From assembly GCA_964106645.2 (NCBI GenBank), contig OZ067043.1: DNA of 64,000 nucleotides; one strand, given 5' to 3'. The notes under the pieces were generated by a model, which saw nothing but the letters and a program-made list of their open reading frames with translations, searched no databases and had not been told where the DNA came from. Origin of the DNA: Podarcis pityusensis. Lineage: Eukaryota. Positions 27,291 through 40,396 of this stretch are shown piece after piece. How positions within the stretch are numbered: position 1 is the stretch's first letter; every line of letters starts with the position of its first letter. A program made the translations under genes and the position numbers.

Positions 27291-28201
27291 GTATGTGTGT
27301 GTCAGTCTGGCAGAGGGTCACTAGGCCTGCGGTATTGTGCAAAGGGGACCATGCAACCCAATGGTGTGTGTGTATCTAGGTGCAGGGGGAGCCTTCAAAT
27401 TCCTTCTAAAGAAGGAAGCTTCCCAGAGTGAGTAAAATGGGGGGCAAGGTGGGTGGGCAAGTTAATGGGCATAGCTAGGTTCCCCCCCCCAGCGGGTGGC
27501 TCCTTGCTGTCCCCCAATTGTGCAAGGAGGAGAAAAGCTCAGACCAAACACCCTTGCTGCCATTGCAAGTACACTGATGCTAAGTGACAGTGAGGGATCA
27601 TTCTTTGCCTCTCCTCAAGATGTGAAGGAGGGATAACTTGTGCCAATCTCTCAGAAGCCACTAGGAGGAAAGGACAGCAAAGCCATGAACAGGAGGATTT
27701 TTTACTACTTCTGCATACTTTGAAGATTTGCCAAGTCGTATTTACTCATGTAGCACACTTCTCAACCTCTAGTAGCATTGGTGCACAGGAGGAGCCAGTG
27801 TTTGTAAGAACTGGGGGACGTGGGGTCACACACTGCCTTCACTCAAGGCAGGTTTATAAATTTCAGTGTCTCTCCATCTTTCATGCAAAAGAGAATCAGT
27901 CACAAGTCTTACAATATCAATTCAATCCCTAATAATAACAGGAATTTTATTCATGGGTTAGCAAATTAATGGTCCGTCTTTTGTGATCACTAGCCTTCCA
28001 CTGAATGTGCTGGAAGTCTTAAAAATTGATTTCTAGCCCATTAATTTAATTTACTAAAAGTATATTTCATAAGATTTAGGATCATTTGATGTGGAATTTG
28101 AAAAATGTTGGGGTTGCTTGGGATGGAGGGGCATTTGTAGAGATACAATTTGTAGAGCCACACTTGACACAATTCTCCCTCCTGGGTTTTCTGTTTTGCA
28201 G

Positions 28202-28355
28202 TATGTCGGAGATACGGTCCCCCCAAGAAGGAGATACGTCCGTCTTTCTCTCCCGCCTTAACACCATTTGGAAAGGCTTTATCAACATGCAAAGCGTGGC
28301 CAAGTTTGTCACCAAAGCTTACCCTGTCTCTGGATCCTTTGACTACCTCAGTGAG
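28202..28355 (+). CDS. DIDO1: DIDO1 coding exon, SPOC domain start
   Basis: EGDTSVFLSRLNTIWKGFINMQSVAKFVTKAYPVSGSFDYLSE. Confidence 0.95.
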
Positions 28356-28864
28356 GTGCGACTTTGAAGTGCTTGTGCTTTCTGTGTAACCTATATCTAA
28401 AATCATATTTCTAACTAAATTTGCTTTGCGGTAAGAGGTTAGCTATGTAATATGTTACCATGTTTACTCAACATGATAGCTTGAAAGCTAAGCAAATTGA
28501 CCTATTGACCTATTAACATTTTCAAATTTCATTTAGGTAAGAGTTTTAATAACTCACTGTTCAGACAGTGGCCTGACTGCAAATAGTGTAGCAGTGTAGC
28601 ATAAGAAATCGGACACAGATAATGTGTACATTGACTTGGCAACCATTTCATGCGGGGCTTCTGTTCCCAGCCCCTGCGTGTGCGGAACACAGATAAGCAG
28701 CCCCTGCTCCATTATGTCCCCATTCTGTCTTCTTCTGGGTCCAAAAAGACCATGTGTCGGTGATCATACGTCAATTGGATGCACCTAAAATGGTCACCAC
28801 CTCTATTGTATCGGACAGCAATTTATTTAAAAAATAATAAAATAGTATTGGTGATCTGTAAGTA

Positions 28865-29106
28865 CAATGGTACCTCGTGTTACGTACTGTCTCCCTTACG
28901 AATGCTTCGGGTAACGCACTCTGCTAACCCGGAAATAGATGCCCCTTGTTGTGAACTTTGCCCTGGGATGTGAGCGGAAGTCACACTCCGGTGGCGCGGC
29001 AGCAGCGGGAGGCGCCATTAGCGAAAGCACGCCTCATGTTACAAGCGGTTTCTGGTTACGAATGGACCTCTGGAATGAATTAAGTTCGTAACTGGAGGTA
29101 CCACTG
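28865..29106. mobile_element. Tigger-like MITE (opposite orientation)
   Basis: TA|CAATGGTACCTC...GAGGTACCACTG|TA. Confidence 0.85.
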
Positions 29107-30529
29107 TAAGGGGAAAATAGGAGCACTGAAATGGCATGCTGGATATTCCATTTTTAGTATTAATACTTCATATCAGTAACTGGTAAAGCACTGTTTATCA
29201 TTTTCTGTTAATTACACTCTTGATTTTCATTTTGGTCTGGTGGTGAGAAGCAGTGAACAGTAATCAGGAAGTGTGACACTGTTAACTAAGTGATGATTGC
29301 CACTTTCATGGGATGCCTGCAATATTCAGTGAGCTACCAGTTTCCTGTATTAAACCCAAAAAAGAAACATAGGAAGGAAGTTCAGTATAGTTTATTATCA
29401 AGTGTCAAACCAACAACCGCAGACTGTTCATAAATTCCATTATTTGAGGAAAAGCCACCTTGGTTCTTGCATACATTCAAATAGATTTCACGTATTGCTC
29501 TGCATTGTTTGTGTAAGAACTGGTGGGAAGGTGGGGAGTAGAACAGTAGCTGAAACACCTGTATATCTTTCCTGCCTTAGAGGAGGAAGATACTTCAGTG
29601 TATTCAACTTTTTTTAAGCCTTCCTGTGCTCCTTTTATGGTCAATATGAACAGGGTGCTTGGAATTTTGATTCCTGTGCACCAACAAATTCTGTCAGTGG
29701 AATCTTTCTTCCTGTGTTTTGAAGCAGGGATAGGAAGACACCTAAACTTACGGATGTAAGAATAACCCTTTTTCCTCCTAGTTTGGAAAACAAGTATGTT
29801 ACGATCTTAGGCTCAGTGGGCTATGAATATGATATAGTAGCAATGTTTATATGCTGAATTCTGAGACAAACTGTGGTTAATGCAAACAAATAGAAATATG
29901 TTTGCCCCTTCAACTATAGATAAGACAGCTTTATAAATACAAACACAATGTGCCTCAACAGCATGTTTTAGTGACAATTAAATTTTTACTCTATGAAAAC
30001 AGGCTAGGAATGTTTTGTCACAATTTTCAAAGCTACTTTTTGTAGCTTTAATGTGCAAAAGTATTACTTCTTTATGTAAAAGCTATCTCTCACAGTGCTC
30101 AGATGTTACTGTCTGAGCCTAATATGAGAGGGAGTGAGCCTCAGGTTCTTAGCACACCAATAGCCAGCCTTTCCAGCTCATTTTCCTTGTACAAAAAGTC
30201 ATGTTTGACCCATACAAATACTGCGTTCATCAGTTCCCAAGATCTTGTGGCACCTATCCCCCTTGATGTAGACAGAACATGTAAATAAAAGCAACATCCT
30301 ACTACAGTGTTAGACATATTTCTTCATTCCCAGATAAGAAACTATAGTTGGGGTACCCAAGGGTGAGATGTACTCCCTCTCATACCAGATTCAGAAAGGA
30401 ACATATGAATGAGCTGTGGTTTGTGGAATTAAAAGGGGACTGTTTTCTGCTAGCAATTTGAAAATCGAAGTGGAAGGATAAACAGAATTGTGAACATAAT
30501 GGCCATAGCTACAGTAAAATCACAGTATA

Positions 30530-30699
30530 CCGTATTTTTCCATGTATAAGACTAGGCTTTTTTTAAAAAAAAAAAAAAGTCAAAAATTAGGGGGCGTCTT
30601 ATACATGGATAGTGCCAAGGGTGGACTGGTGATTGGTTGTTGCTGCAAAAATAGGGGGCTTCTTATATATGGAGGCGTCTTATAGATGGAAAAATATGG
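30530..30699. mobile_element. Tc2/pogo-like MITE
   Basis: TA|CCGTATTTTTCCATGTATAAGAC...GTCTTATAGATGGAAAAATATGG|TA. Confidence 0.82.
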
Positions 30700-30810
30700 T
30701 AGCTTCTATTTATATTCTGTTGGTATAATTCTATTTACTGGAAGGTGTGGGGCAATATACTTTGCCCTCAAACTGCCCTCTTCTCACATTATGTAATGCT
30801 TCTTATCTAG

Positions 30811-30900
30811 GATTTACCTGATACGATTCATATTGGAGGGAGGATCTCACCGAAGACAGTATGGGATTATATTGGCAAACTGAAATCATCTGTGTCAAAG
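30811..30900 (+). CDS. DIDO1: DIDO1 coding exon, SPOC domain
   Basis: DLPDTIHIGGRISPKTVWDYIGKLKSSVSK; 90 nt, ctag|/|gtactt. Confidence 0.95.
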
Positions 30901-31584
30901 GTACTTTTTAAAAACCCTGTTTGGTAATGGTGAAAGAATTGAACTTTATTTGAAATAATAATTGTGGATGGGGTCCAGTGAACTATATAACTAAGTTATT
31001 CTACCTAAGGGAGGAGGACACTGCTGGCTTGAATTTATGGTACAGCAGCAACTCCTAATGTTTTTCACACGTCTCTCTTGAAATGTGAAGGAGACTTCTT
31101 TTTTAAACATGGCATACAGGCCTATTCATCAAAATAAAAAGATAAAATTGCTCCTACCCATACCCACCTGCACCCCAGCAGCAGTTTGGATTCTTGTCAG
31201 TAATTTGCACCTGAAATTCTTTAAGATAAGCAAAATACAATAATGGCTTTTCCTGCTGGCTGTTACTTCCCTTCCACATACTCTCATCACTTCTTCCCTG
31301 CCCCAACCGGTTCTGTGTTAGTAACATTTCAATTTCCAGCACAGCATAAATTATCACTGACTTCCTATGAGCCATCATAGTAAGAATCCTTACTAGATCT
31401 AACCCTAAAAGTGTTTTAATAACGAAAAATTCAGCAACCTTAAATAATGTAGAGTAAAATTATATTGATAATTTTACATAATCTTTGCTTATTTGATGGC
31501 AGTGAAATAAGGCATTTTTTAAAGCTGCACCATCTTTTGGATCACCAATATAACTCCATATTTACTGCTGCAGACCCTGTAATG

Positions 31585-31910
31585 AGTGTCTGAGGCCCTT
31601 CTTCATGTGCTCCTCCAAGAGAGGTCCAGATAAGTGGCCACACAAGAGTGGGCCCTTTCTGCAGTGGCTCCCTGTTTGTGGAATGCTATCCCCAAGAAGG
31701 CTAACCTGGTGCCTTCATTACATATCTTTAAGTGCCAGGCAAAACATTCCTCTTTTCACAGGCCTTTGGCTAATTATACAATTTATGGCTTTTAAAACTG
31801 TATGTGGGGGGGGGGTGTTATTGCTTCCGTTTGTTATTATGGTATGTATTTTTGTAAACTACCTTGTGATCCTTAGATGAAGAACGGTATAGAAATTGAA
31901 TAAGAATAAT
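31585..31910 (+). mobile_element. L2 LINE 3' fragment
   Basis: gggccctttctgcagtggctccc...tggaatgct...caggcctttg...gtaaactaccttgtgatcc..gatgaag.acggtatagaaat, a typical L2 end; other L2 pieces at ~25640-25730 (-) and ~39330-39740 (+). Confidence 0.6.
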
Positions 31911-32017
31911 TCTGAAATTATTACTTCAAAAGTGAAGTGCATTGATGCCATGTTGCCCTCACTTGCTATTTATTTAGCAATAGGTTGGTATTTTTCCTTT
32001 ATATTTTTGTATTATAG

Positions 32018-32213
32018 GAACTATGTTTGATCCGCTTCCATCCTGCAACAGAAGAAGAGGTGCCTTCCTACATTTCTCTGTACTCCTATTTTAGCAGTCG
32101 TGGCCGATTTGGTGTTGTTGCTAATAACAACAGACATGTCAAGGACCTCTATTTGATTCCTCTCAGTGCAAAGGATCCTATTCCATCCAAACTTTTACCC
32201 TTTGAGGGACCAG
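32018..32213 (+). CDS. DIDO1: DIDO1 coding exon, SPOC domain end
   Basis: ELCLIRFHPATEEEVPSYISLYSYFSSRGRFGVVANNNRHVKDLYLIPL...PFEGP; CAG|gtaagc. Confidence 0.96.
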
Positions 32214-35200
32214 GTAAGCAATGAATTGTAGGAAACCCAAATACTTCTGCCCTTCTATGTTACAACTATAAATACCATACCAGACATCATTCATAACACA
32301 CACTTCAGCTGGATAAATGTAGAAAGGGAAAGTACCATATACCGGTCGATTGCAGTATGTCCCTGGTTGATCGCGGGATCATGCCCCCCTCCCCCCCAAA
32401 GCTCAACAACTTTGATGCTTTCCCAACAAAAGCTCAGCAACTCTGGTCAATCCAATGGGTAGCTCACTGCCATTTTTTAATAGATCACAGCCTATTGGAA
32501 GTTGGACGTGCCTGCTATATACAAATCATAGTTTGGGAAATTGGGGGACATAACTACAAGAACTTTTATCTTTTAAAAAGGCACAGGGAGGTTAGTTAAG
32601 TTGGTACGCAACATGACATGCTCCAAATGAGCAGAAGTGGTCAGCATCTTTGAACAGAAGCAAACACAGAAAGCCCACGGGACATCACTGACGTTGAAAG
32701 GTAAGATTGTCATTTGCAGACTATATTATAGGTGTGCTTGAACTCCTACAATCAAAAACTCACAAGATCTCAAGATTTCAGGACTGAGCTCGCCCAGTGG
32801 TGTGAGGAATGTCCCAAGGAACTCAAGCTTTCATAGCTGAAAGAGACACACACATAAATAAGCTGTAGTTACACACTAGTCCATCAGCTGTCTTGACACT
32901 GATAGATTCATTGCCCCAGGGAAGAGAACCACAGTCTCTGTCTTATTTCTAGAGGGAATGCTGTTTTTCTATCTAAAACAGATTTTAATCAAACAGATAC
33001 TGCATACTAATTAGTCAGAACTGATTAGAAATAAGGTATGGTTTATTTCAATACTATATTCCTGAGCTTCTGCACTCTTAAGAGGTCACCCTGCTATTTA
33101 TGTATGTTGTCCTTCTGAATAAATAACCACACAATACTGCACATATGCTTGTAAGGAAATTCTCTTCGGCTCCAGGATAAATCACAAGAAATTTCCATTT
33201 TGACTGGAAAAAAAGACTTTCATCCAGTCTCTTTAGTTTGTGGCAAACAAACTGGGTAGGGGAGAGAAAATTGAGGTTTTCTCCTTTTGTATCTAAAGTA
33301 GTATTTCTTGTAACTTTGAATCTTGAACTTCAACCCCTTTCCATTTGTGTATATTGCTGAGGATTCTCAGGAAAAGTCTATGGCACATACTCATTTTACA
33401 GGCCTGTTAGGCATAGCTGTCAGCCTGTTGGAACTGAGATTACAACTTAGAAGTTGTAACAAATCTGACACTTCCCCACAACTGTGCATTTCATGGTTTG
33501 GTTATGGCAAACTAACTTCCTTGAAACCGTACTAGTCATTTAAGGAACTCCGCATAAGCTTTTGATAAACCCAAGCATCCCTAGAGCACCATCTGAAAAC
33601 CATACTAACATAGGGCACACTCTAAAATCCTATAAACAAAGAACCTTATTTCAAACCACTTGAATCTGAAAAAAGAACCACAATTTCAAAATATGGACTG
33701 CCTGAACCATTTTTTTCAGATTCCACGTTGCTCTTGATTCTGAAGGCCTAGTTAAATGTTCAGGGGAAGAGAAGTCTTCTAAAGGGTTGTGACAACTCAG
33801 AAAGCATGTGAAATTTGTTTGAAAGCACCCCCATCATAATCCTCCTTGATGACAGCATACACATACTTCTACCAGCAGGTTTTTTTTTAAAAAAAAAAAT
33901 AGAGGACACAGTCCAAATCATAATTTCCTGTGTGTGTTTTGAGGTGAGTCATATACATGAAGCCTATTAGAACCTTTTCGGATAAGTTGTCTCAGTTCTC
34001 AGTATACGCGGACATGTACGGGGAGAGGTATAAAATCTGCTATCCATATATTTTAATGAAATTTACTGCTCTTATTACATGATCTTAATAAAATGTATTT
34101 TGTGCAAAGTGGTCATTGTCTCTTTCAATTCAGATGTTTTAGTGGCTGTAACCATGTATTGGACTCGGTCTAGTTAGTAAAATAAGTCTTATTTTATAGT
34201 GACACCTGCTAGGTTGCTAAAAATGTTATTCACACACATAGTTGAGACATATATTCTGTATCACAGGATCAATTCTGGGTTTCAGACTGTTGCTTTACCA
34301 GGCTGGGACAAAATATTTTAACAAAACAAATATCCTAAAGCATTTTGGTATCAGTTGGTATCAGTTATTCAGTAGAGCTTGCTCTGATATGTTTAAGATA
34401 GAGACTACAATATGCTTGACAGTATAATCCTCTACATATCTACTTAGAAGTTAATCCTCTTCAATTTCATAGGACTTACCCAGGACTAAGTTTGGTTTAC
34501 AGAGGTTGTAGGTGAAATGGTTGTGACATACCTAGTGGTGATCATAAATAGTGGAGCTGGAGTACATCATGTGAATTCCCCTTCTGTGCCTGGACCATTA
34601 GATGACTGCTGCATGTCAGACTTCTGTTCTACAAGAAGTCACTTCAGCTGATGTCAAAACCAAGAAAGAAAAAGAAAACATAATTTGTACTGGAACTGAA
34701 ACATGTTAATGTCACTAAACCTTAGGAGTTAAAAGTTGTAATTAGTTAAATCATTCTGTGTTTGGTGAAATAAGCTTCATTGCTACCTGCTTTTTCTTCT
34801 CAATTAGTAATAGGGAACGGAAATATGGGAAATGGATCAGAATGGCTGTCCCATTCCCCGCAAGGAAACCTGCAGTGATATTGTTCCAACCTACATGAAT
34901 TATCACAGCTCCTCCATCATCAGTCCCATGTGTGAGATTCACATACCTGACACTGCTAAGCAGTAGAATGTCCAAGAAGCACTTGGTCTCTTATCTGGCT
35001 GTTTCTTTTCCTACACTGACTAATGCAGGGCAGGGGAGGTGGGATAACCTAGGTGGATCCTTCAAGTATATGGCCCCATGCCAGCTGCCACAGTTGCAAC
35101 AAGCATGCCTTCTTGGAATCAGGTTCTATTCACTAAAAACCTTTTCAGCACTTGCAGACATTTATGCTGAAACTTGATGAAGATTTTCTATTTTGTTCCA

Positions 35201-35669
35201 CAGACCATTTTGACTTACATATTTTCAAACACTGGCAGTGTCTCTTTCCCCCCAAGGAAGTTAGCATGTTCTCAAATCTACAAATGAAATCATTGATTGG
35301 TGGAATCGGGAGTGGATATCTGCAGAACTCATCTCCATACACTATTGAAGCTTGGTGTTTCTTTCAGCAAAAGCTTAATATTTTAGTCAATAGGTATTCC
35401 CTAGCCCAAAGCTAGAAGAATATTAAAAGAAGAACATTGAGTATCTTGGTAATTGGAAGGAGGATCTCCGCAGTGAAAAAGCACCACTTGTACCTTTGAT
35501 GCATTATTTATAATACAGTACTATGTGCAGTCCGGATCATCAACATGAGACTCTCAGGTGCACATGTGCCTACAAGAGCCTTTCCTGCTTCTGGAATTAA
35601 GACTTGAAGAAAGCATTCAATTCTAGTCAACAGAATAGGTTCCTGTGCATGTTTGGCTCCTCATTCTCT

Positions 35670-35672
<3 letters not shown>

Positions 35673-35702
<30 letters not shown>
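35673..35702. repeat. (GT)n microsatellite
   Basis: Direct reading; another (GT)n at ~46528-46554. Confidence 0.95.
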
Positions 35703-35703
<1 letters not shown>

Positions 35704-35980
35704 CCCCACAACTTTTCCAATATGCACATTGCTCACTGGCTCAAAATGATTAGTGACTCCAAAGAAGAGCAATATTTACAGGGCACCACACCATTCCCAC
35801 AGCCTTTTTTTTTTTTTTACTGAAATTCATTTTCTGCTTTACTCAAAAGCAACTATAATAATCATACTGCTTACTAGATAGTCTGTGCTTGTTGGTCAGG
35901 CTGAGCACAACTAACATTGAGCGATTGTGTAAACCAGTCTTAGTACTGCTGTCAATTCCAATTATGAATAAGGGACATTA

Positions 35981-36211
35981 CAGTGGATGCTTGGGTTGTG
36001 AGCGTGATTCGTGCGGAAGGCATGTTCGCAACCTGCAGCGCACACGCGGGTCGCGATTCGGCGCTTCTGCACATTCGCAAAGTGAGATTTAGTGCTTCGC
36101 ATGCGCCAGCGCCGAAACCCGGAAGTAACCGATTCTGGTACTTCTGGGTTTGGCATGGTGCACAACCTGAAAACACACAGCCTGAAGTGTCTGTAACCCG
36201 AGGTATGACTG
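35981..36211. mobile_element. Tigger-like MITE (GCGCATGC-rich subfamily)
   Basis: TA|CAGTGGATGCTT...CCGAGGTATGACTG|TA. Confidence 0.78.
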
Positions 36212-39035
36212 TATTAAGGTTCAGGTAAAGAAGGCTATAAAAAAGATCACTGAAGTAGCCCTACAGCTGCTTAATGAGCAGCACTGGTTTGCACCTACAG
36301 TGGTAACAAATCTTTTATGAAAACTTACTTTATAAAAATTCTTGGTTTTATGTCAAGAAATAAGCGTTCAGGGCTTTTTAAAAGTTTATGGGATGTCTGT
36401 CTTAATTTCTTAGAAACTTAATTTCTTAGAAACAGTAAGCCTCCATATACTTACCTGAATTCATAATATGGGCAGCAGCAACTAGACAGGAATTGATAAG
36501 TTTCCCTTAGGGGTCATATTTTTAATATAGTTTACATTCTTTCCTCTGATTCATATTCAGATCAAACTAGGTAGGAATATAGTGTACAGTAAAAAAATAC
36601 TAGTGGTTTTTTTAAAAGGACTAGCTTTTTTAAAAAAAAAATCAGTATTTTTAACCTTCCTCCAGAAACAAATGTTGGTACGCACTTTCATTTTTAAAAC
36701 TAGGCTCTTATAAGAACCTAAGATGAACCTGCTGAATCAGACCATTGGCCCATCTAGACCAGCATCATGTTCTCAATGGGGCTGACCAAATGCCTGTGGG
36801 ATGTCTGCAAACTAGACCCATGAGCACAACTAGACCCACCTTAGATCCCCAGGAACTGGTAATTAGAGCCATAATGCCTCTGACTGGAGGTTGAATAGAG
36901 CCATTGAGGCATGTAGCAGCCACTGATAAACTTTAATAAATAAATAGGCTTACATGGTTGCTCATTATGCCTCCACAAAGAGTATAGTCTCTTTGTCACA
37001 TTATCCCCAATAGTCATTGCTTGTAACCTGGCTTGCTTCGTGTTTCCATTATCCACAGAGGCTAAACAGCCACTCAGAAGCTGCTTTCTTAAGTAGTGGT
37101 TTTAAATTTTATAGGGTTTGTATTTATAAGCTGGTTTATAAAACATTTCTGCCCACCCTTTCTAAATTAACTAGGTTAGTTACTTATAACCAGTTATTTA
37201 ATACTTCTTAGCTGTGCACAAGAGATTGTAGTTAACTAATGCAAAATCATTTTTATTTCCATGTAACTTCTCACCTACATCCCCATTGGTTTTAAAACTG
37301 GGTTGGCCACCTTGAGGGCAATATAAGTATATATAGTTTGAACCCAGTAAGCCTAGCTCAACACTACACAACACTTTTGAATGCCAGCATTACAGTAGAA
37401 CTGCTCAGAGTGTCAAAAAAGTGATGGAAGGAGAAAACACGGCTTGACAGAAGTGTAGGTGGATTGTTCTGAGAACACCAAAGTTTATGTGGAGTACCAC
37501 AGATCTTTGTAAGATTAATAGGCAAAAGCTGATCAAATTGTCCATGAAAGATTAGGCACAATTCTCTGCATGGTCACTCAGAAGTGTGCCCAGTGAGTTC
37601 AATGGGAATTACTCCCAGGTAATTGTGTAAAGGACTGGAAGATAAATTAATCAGAACAGTTAAGGGGATGCAAATGACAGCTTCCTTCGGAATTACAAAC
37701 TAATTTTTTAAAGGTCAGAATAAACATTTTTCACAACCATGTTTTTTTTAAATGTGGAGTTATTAGTAATGATCATTCTACATTTATTCTTTGCTGCTCT
37801 AAAACATTTTGTCTTCTAAAAGTACTTTCCTATTTCATGCAATACATTTGTTAAGTCGTTGGTTTTTATCCTTATTCAGCAGACTTTCTGAGCACATGCT
37901 ACATTTTAAACAGCCAAACAATTTATACTTTTCAACTGAAATGCCAACTTCCTTCATTTTAAGAGAAACAAAGTGAAGTTTTGTCCTATTAAATATATTT
38001 AGGGCAACTTAAGTTAATAAACATGATCAGTGTTAAGATCAAAATCTTAAAAAGTAATAGTAATGGAAATGATTAGTACTTCAGCTTTACTTAAAGATCA
38101 CACACAAAAGAGAATTGAACACAACCAACTAAAACGAGAAAATCAAAATAATGCATTGACTGTCAAAATGTAGAGTAGTAGCCACTAAAGTAATTATTAC
38201 TTTAGTGATTGTGGGAGGCATCTGATGGGCTAAATCACTGGGATTGCTAGATGAAAGTATTGGATATAATGCAGAACTAAGATATAAAAAGACTACAAAT
38301 TTGGAAATAATGCATCAGTTGAATATTGTACTTGCCCTTATCTTCCTCCAAATGATAATACATTTAATGCAAATTGGAAATAAAATTATTCTCAGAAGAT
38401 GAGATTCTTCATCCTCATTACTTAGCACTCTTCTAATAAATTGAAATAGACTACTTAATATTTGATCTGTTTTACTGTAACCTATTAGGGTGTGAGCTAT
38501 CATGGCATTTAACTATTCTTAAGTCTATAATATTCATATATTCTTAACTATATTCCTGAATGTTTGCACAAGTGGGCAGAATGGACAGTAAAATTGGAGT
38601 TGGGGAAAGAAAAAGCAATGCATCATCTACATGACTGTCCAGTTCTTAGGGCTGGAGTCTCTGTTGTATGTATAGTAATGTAAAACTTAAGCGCAACCTT
38701 ATGAAACAAAACAACAGTGGTTTCCAAGGGCTTTATTGTTACTCGTTTTCCATATATAATAGTATGAATGGTAAAAGCCTAGGTGTATGTATATTCTATT
38801 TGTTGACCTAGTGATACTAACTGTGTAAGGTTAAATCTCTATTGAAACATTTAACTAAACTGGAAATTGCTGGATCTCTCTCTCAGCAGTCTATTCCATA
38901 ATTACCTCTGTTCCATTTCTCCTTTGAGTAATTCTGTATTTCCCCCAGTCATTATGCAGTGCTTTGTTAACCATCAATATGACTTACAGAAAGATCAGAT
39001 GTTTGTATGTCTGCTGAAAGTAGGACTGGCAAAAC

Positions 39036-39050
39036 TGGTGGTAGTGGTGG

Positions 39051-39096
<46 letters not shown>
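39036..39096. repeat. compound (GGT)n-(TAA)n microsatellite
   Basis: Direct reading; a (TTA)n run also lies at ~25636-25667. Confidence 0.9.
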
Positions 39097-39098
<2 letters not shown>

Positions 39099-40396
39099 TA
39101 AAAAAACACCCTACTCATTTGGCTGTTGATTTGTTAATTATTTGGAAATCATAAAAACGCAGAGTTTTCTATTACCCTCTGATAATTTATATAGTTACTT
39201 GTGGAATCCTAAATTTGAGGATTCCACAAGTAACTAATAATAATAAGAGCCACTCTTTATTAAGGATCTAATCAGGCTCTGAAAGGTTAATTGGTTAAAA
39301 AATACAGCAGCCAAATTACTGGGGTTCCATTTAGAACTCGTGTTACCCTAATTCAGGGTGCTCATGCTAGTGTTCAAAGCCCTAAACTACAAGTCCCAGT
39401 GTCTAAAACACCTTATTTCTTAAGTGGGTGTTAAGATTAGCAGAGAGCGCCCTCTTGATAGTTCTGCCACCCAGGGTGGTGATGGCCTGGGAGAGGGCAC
39501 CATGCGGCAGCTATGCGCATATAATTCCTTCTCCACAGAGATGCATTCAGCATCTTTTAAAAATGTAGTTTCTGGTGCATGATGAAGACACACCTCTTTA
39601 CCCTGGCCTTTGACACCTGAGATATATATTTTTGGGTCCCACCCTATTATTTTGATTGTATTTGTTTTAAATTGATATTAATATTGTGCATTACATTGCT
39701 GTAACCTGACGTGACCTTGTGGGATGGATAATAAACAAATTAATAATGCACGCTCACCTGGGAGTAAGTACCATTGGACTTAATGGGACTTGCTTGTGGG
39801 TAGGCATAGGACTGTACTGCAAGGGTTGTGCTTTGTAGATAAGTGACATGATCCATGGAGGAATCTCATAGGCATCATGTACATACGCAGAGAAGTTCGA
39901 CTGGCTCCCTCCTTGCTGTCCTTCAGCCAGCAGGTGAAGCCATTCTTATTCCAACAGGCCTTTTGGTACTGATTTTTAAGGAAAGGGCTGGTGCTGTGAA
40001 TTAAATAGTTTCCCCCTACCCTAAGTTTTTAGCTGTTTCTATTTTATCTGTAAGCAGCCTTGAGTATCTGTCTGGGAGAAAGTTAAGGATGATGATAAGA
40101 ACATCTTCATCATCATCATCATCAAGTGACAATCACCAGTTTTACTACATAAAAGCATATATTGGTTTCTCAGTAATATTGAGAAGAAAATACAGTTTTT
40201 GACTTAGTTACAGTCTGATAGTTACTTTAATGTTCTGTTTTCCGCTAATTATTATTACATTCATTAATAAAGTGGAGTATGCATAGTGTTCTGTAACATT
40301 TTTCACATTGTTTGTTACAAATCTTAGTAATGACTGATTTCAAGCTTAATTTTTTTTTAAAAAAAATCTTACATGAAATCTTGTTTTGTCTTACAG

